Shown here: piece after piece, positions 62,616-64,000 of the stretch
How the letters are laid out: the number at the start of each line of letters is the position of its first letter
Position numbering within the stretch: the stretch's first letter is position 1
Assembly: GCA_013265495.1 (NCBI GenBank)
Contig: MU058387.1
Coordinates: 1,054,001-1,118,000 of the forward strand
Source of the DNA: Vicugna vicugna
Lineage: Eukaryota
DNA: 64,000 bases
Direction: 5' to 3'
The notes under the pieces: generated by a model
Told to the model about the DNA's origin: nothing
The model's input: only the letters and a program-made list of their open reading frames with translations
The model's database searches: none
Program-made: the position numbers and the translations under genes

Positions 62616-64000
62616 GGAATGCAAGTTACATGTCCAGTGCTTTGGGAAAAAACCCAATCCATGTGCCATGGGTATCTTTGAAAACTCAAATAGATGGTAA
62701 AGAATTCCAAATATAGTAACAATTATAAGCAAAATTCCAAAGAAATATAGCTGCATACCATACAATTAATTGGATGAGTGTGAGGATTAAGCATTCCTAT
62801 GTATGATTTTTGAATTCTTAGATGTAAGAGAATACCCACCTTGTGGCTTTAATCTGTGCAGGATTCCATGCAAAGGAAATAAGTTTTTTTGTTTGTTTGC
62901 TTTAAAGATTAGAGTTAGGTTTCAATTACGTAAATGAAGGGAAAAGTGGTACAGATAATTTAAAACAATGAATAAAATGTCAGCTTTAATAGAATTGCAA
63001 CAGATTTATCTTCTAATGTGTAGTTTGCTGAGCTTGTTTATGTGTTACGGGAATTGTCGATGGCCATCAGAGAACAATGGAAAATGCGCCCTCATCTTAT
63101 TTACTTACTATGGAAGTTGGGGCTTGCAGCTTTTCCTTTGAATCTATAAACTGTAGAAGGAGCATTCCCACATATACAGTGGGCAAATAAGTTCACTCAT
63201 AATGATGATGTGGTAAGACAGATTTGGCTCCCAAAATATTAGTACTGTTCTTTAGTTTTCTCTGGTTCAAATTTTACTCCCACTCTCCTCACCGGGAATG
63301 TGATTGGCCATGACCCCAACACACATTCCTTTTGAGGAAGGGGTGGAGATTATTTATAAAGGTCTATTAGCTGTAATAAATAGGCAAATACGCACATGCA
63401 AGTATTCTCCATATGCAATATACAAGATTCAGTAAATAAGATTTTTAATTTCTCAGATTGATTTTCTAATAACACCCAGTATATACATTTGTTTTAAAAC
63501 TATTTGCCAAGAAGACAAATCTTGAAAATCAAATCTGGAAAATTTGCAACACACTTATTTACTTAATATCTGCTTTTGTTGACCAGATCTCACAGCTTCA
63601 TAAAGCTTTAAAACTCCTAACATTTAAATTTCTTTTTTGGCTTTATGTAATTATTCTAGTAAAATAATTTTTAAAAATATCTGTTAATCAAACTTGGTGG
63701 GAGTGCAAAATACAAATATCCCTACTCCTTAGTGACGGTAAAAGTAGCAAGAGTGTCTTTAATGCTTTCCAAAAATTTAAAACAAATAAAACTTGTGAAA
63801 CTCTTAATCAATAAGAAGTAGTGCAAAAAGTTAGTTGCGCATCTGGTCACTAAACCCTGTTGAGATTATTCAGCTTTGGGCCCTAAGATGCTAATGATTA
63901 CATCTTAGCTCAAATCTATAACATGGGGGAGAATGAGGAACCAACAGACTTTTCTAGAAAAAAATAAATTTAAAAGTATTTCCTTTGTAAATAAGGGAAT

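Noticed and set aside
1..64000. ORFs of 60-155 aa in the supplied track as protein-coding genes
   Set aside because: Many start at non-ATG codons, are low-complexity (F/I/L/Y-rich, HTHT, CVCV) or lie inside L1/L2/MLT/MER repeats. None resembles a cellular protein I recognise, and no consistent exon chain is visible.
1..64000. CRISPR array or prokaryotic/viral operon-like system
   Set aside because: There are no regularly spaced repeats with unique spacers and no gene-dense segment; the sequence is mammalian repeat-rich DNA throughout.

Overview
This is AT-rich, CpG-depleted mammalian non-coding DNA (gene desert or large intron). I can support no intact protein-coding gene, rRNA, true tRNA or CRISPR array. 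The ORF track is explained by chance ORFs, microsatellites and decayed L1 frames. Much of the window is layered transposable-element debris: old L1 in both orientations, L2, MIR, CR1/L3, MaLR (MLT1) LTRs and internal sequence, an ERV-L reverse-transcriptase relic, hAT elements (MER58A, MER45-like) and an intact ERV1-type solo LTR. A short tRNA-derived SINE at ~56.0 kb and two short young L1 3' ends resemble camelid-lineage repeats, so the host is probably a camelid (recognised from memory, not from a search). The most notable signals are: (i) a ~130-nt near-perfect hairpin made by local inverted duplication of a MIR segment (12519-12649); (ii) a ~220-bp insertion inside an MLT1 LTR that looks like a retrocopied mRNA 3' end (15661-15880); (iii) an ~80-bp segment repeated 1.5 kb away inside an inverted microsatellite cluster; (iv) several repeat-free, locally CpG-retaining, motif-rich candidate enhancers. 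None of this establishes a new biological system. Repeat family names and most boundaries are approximate.
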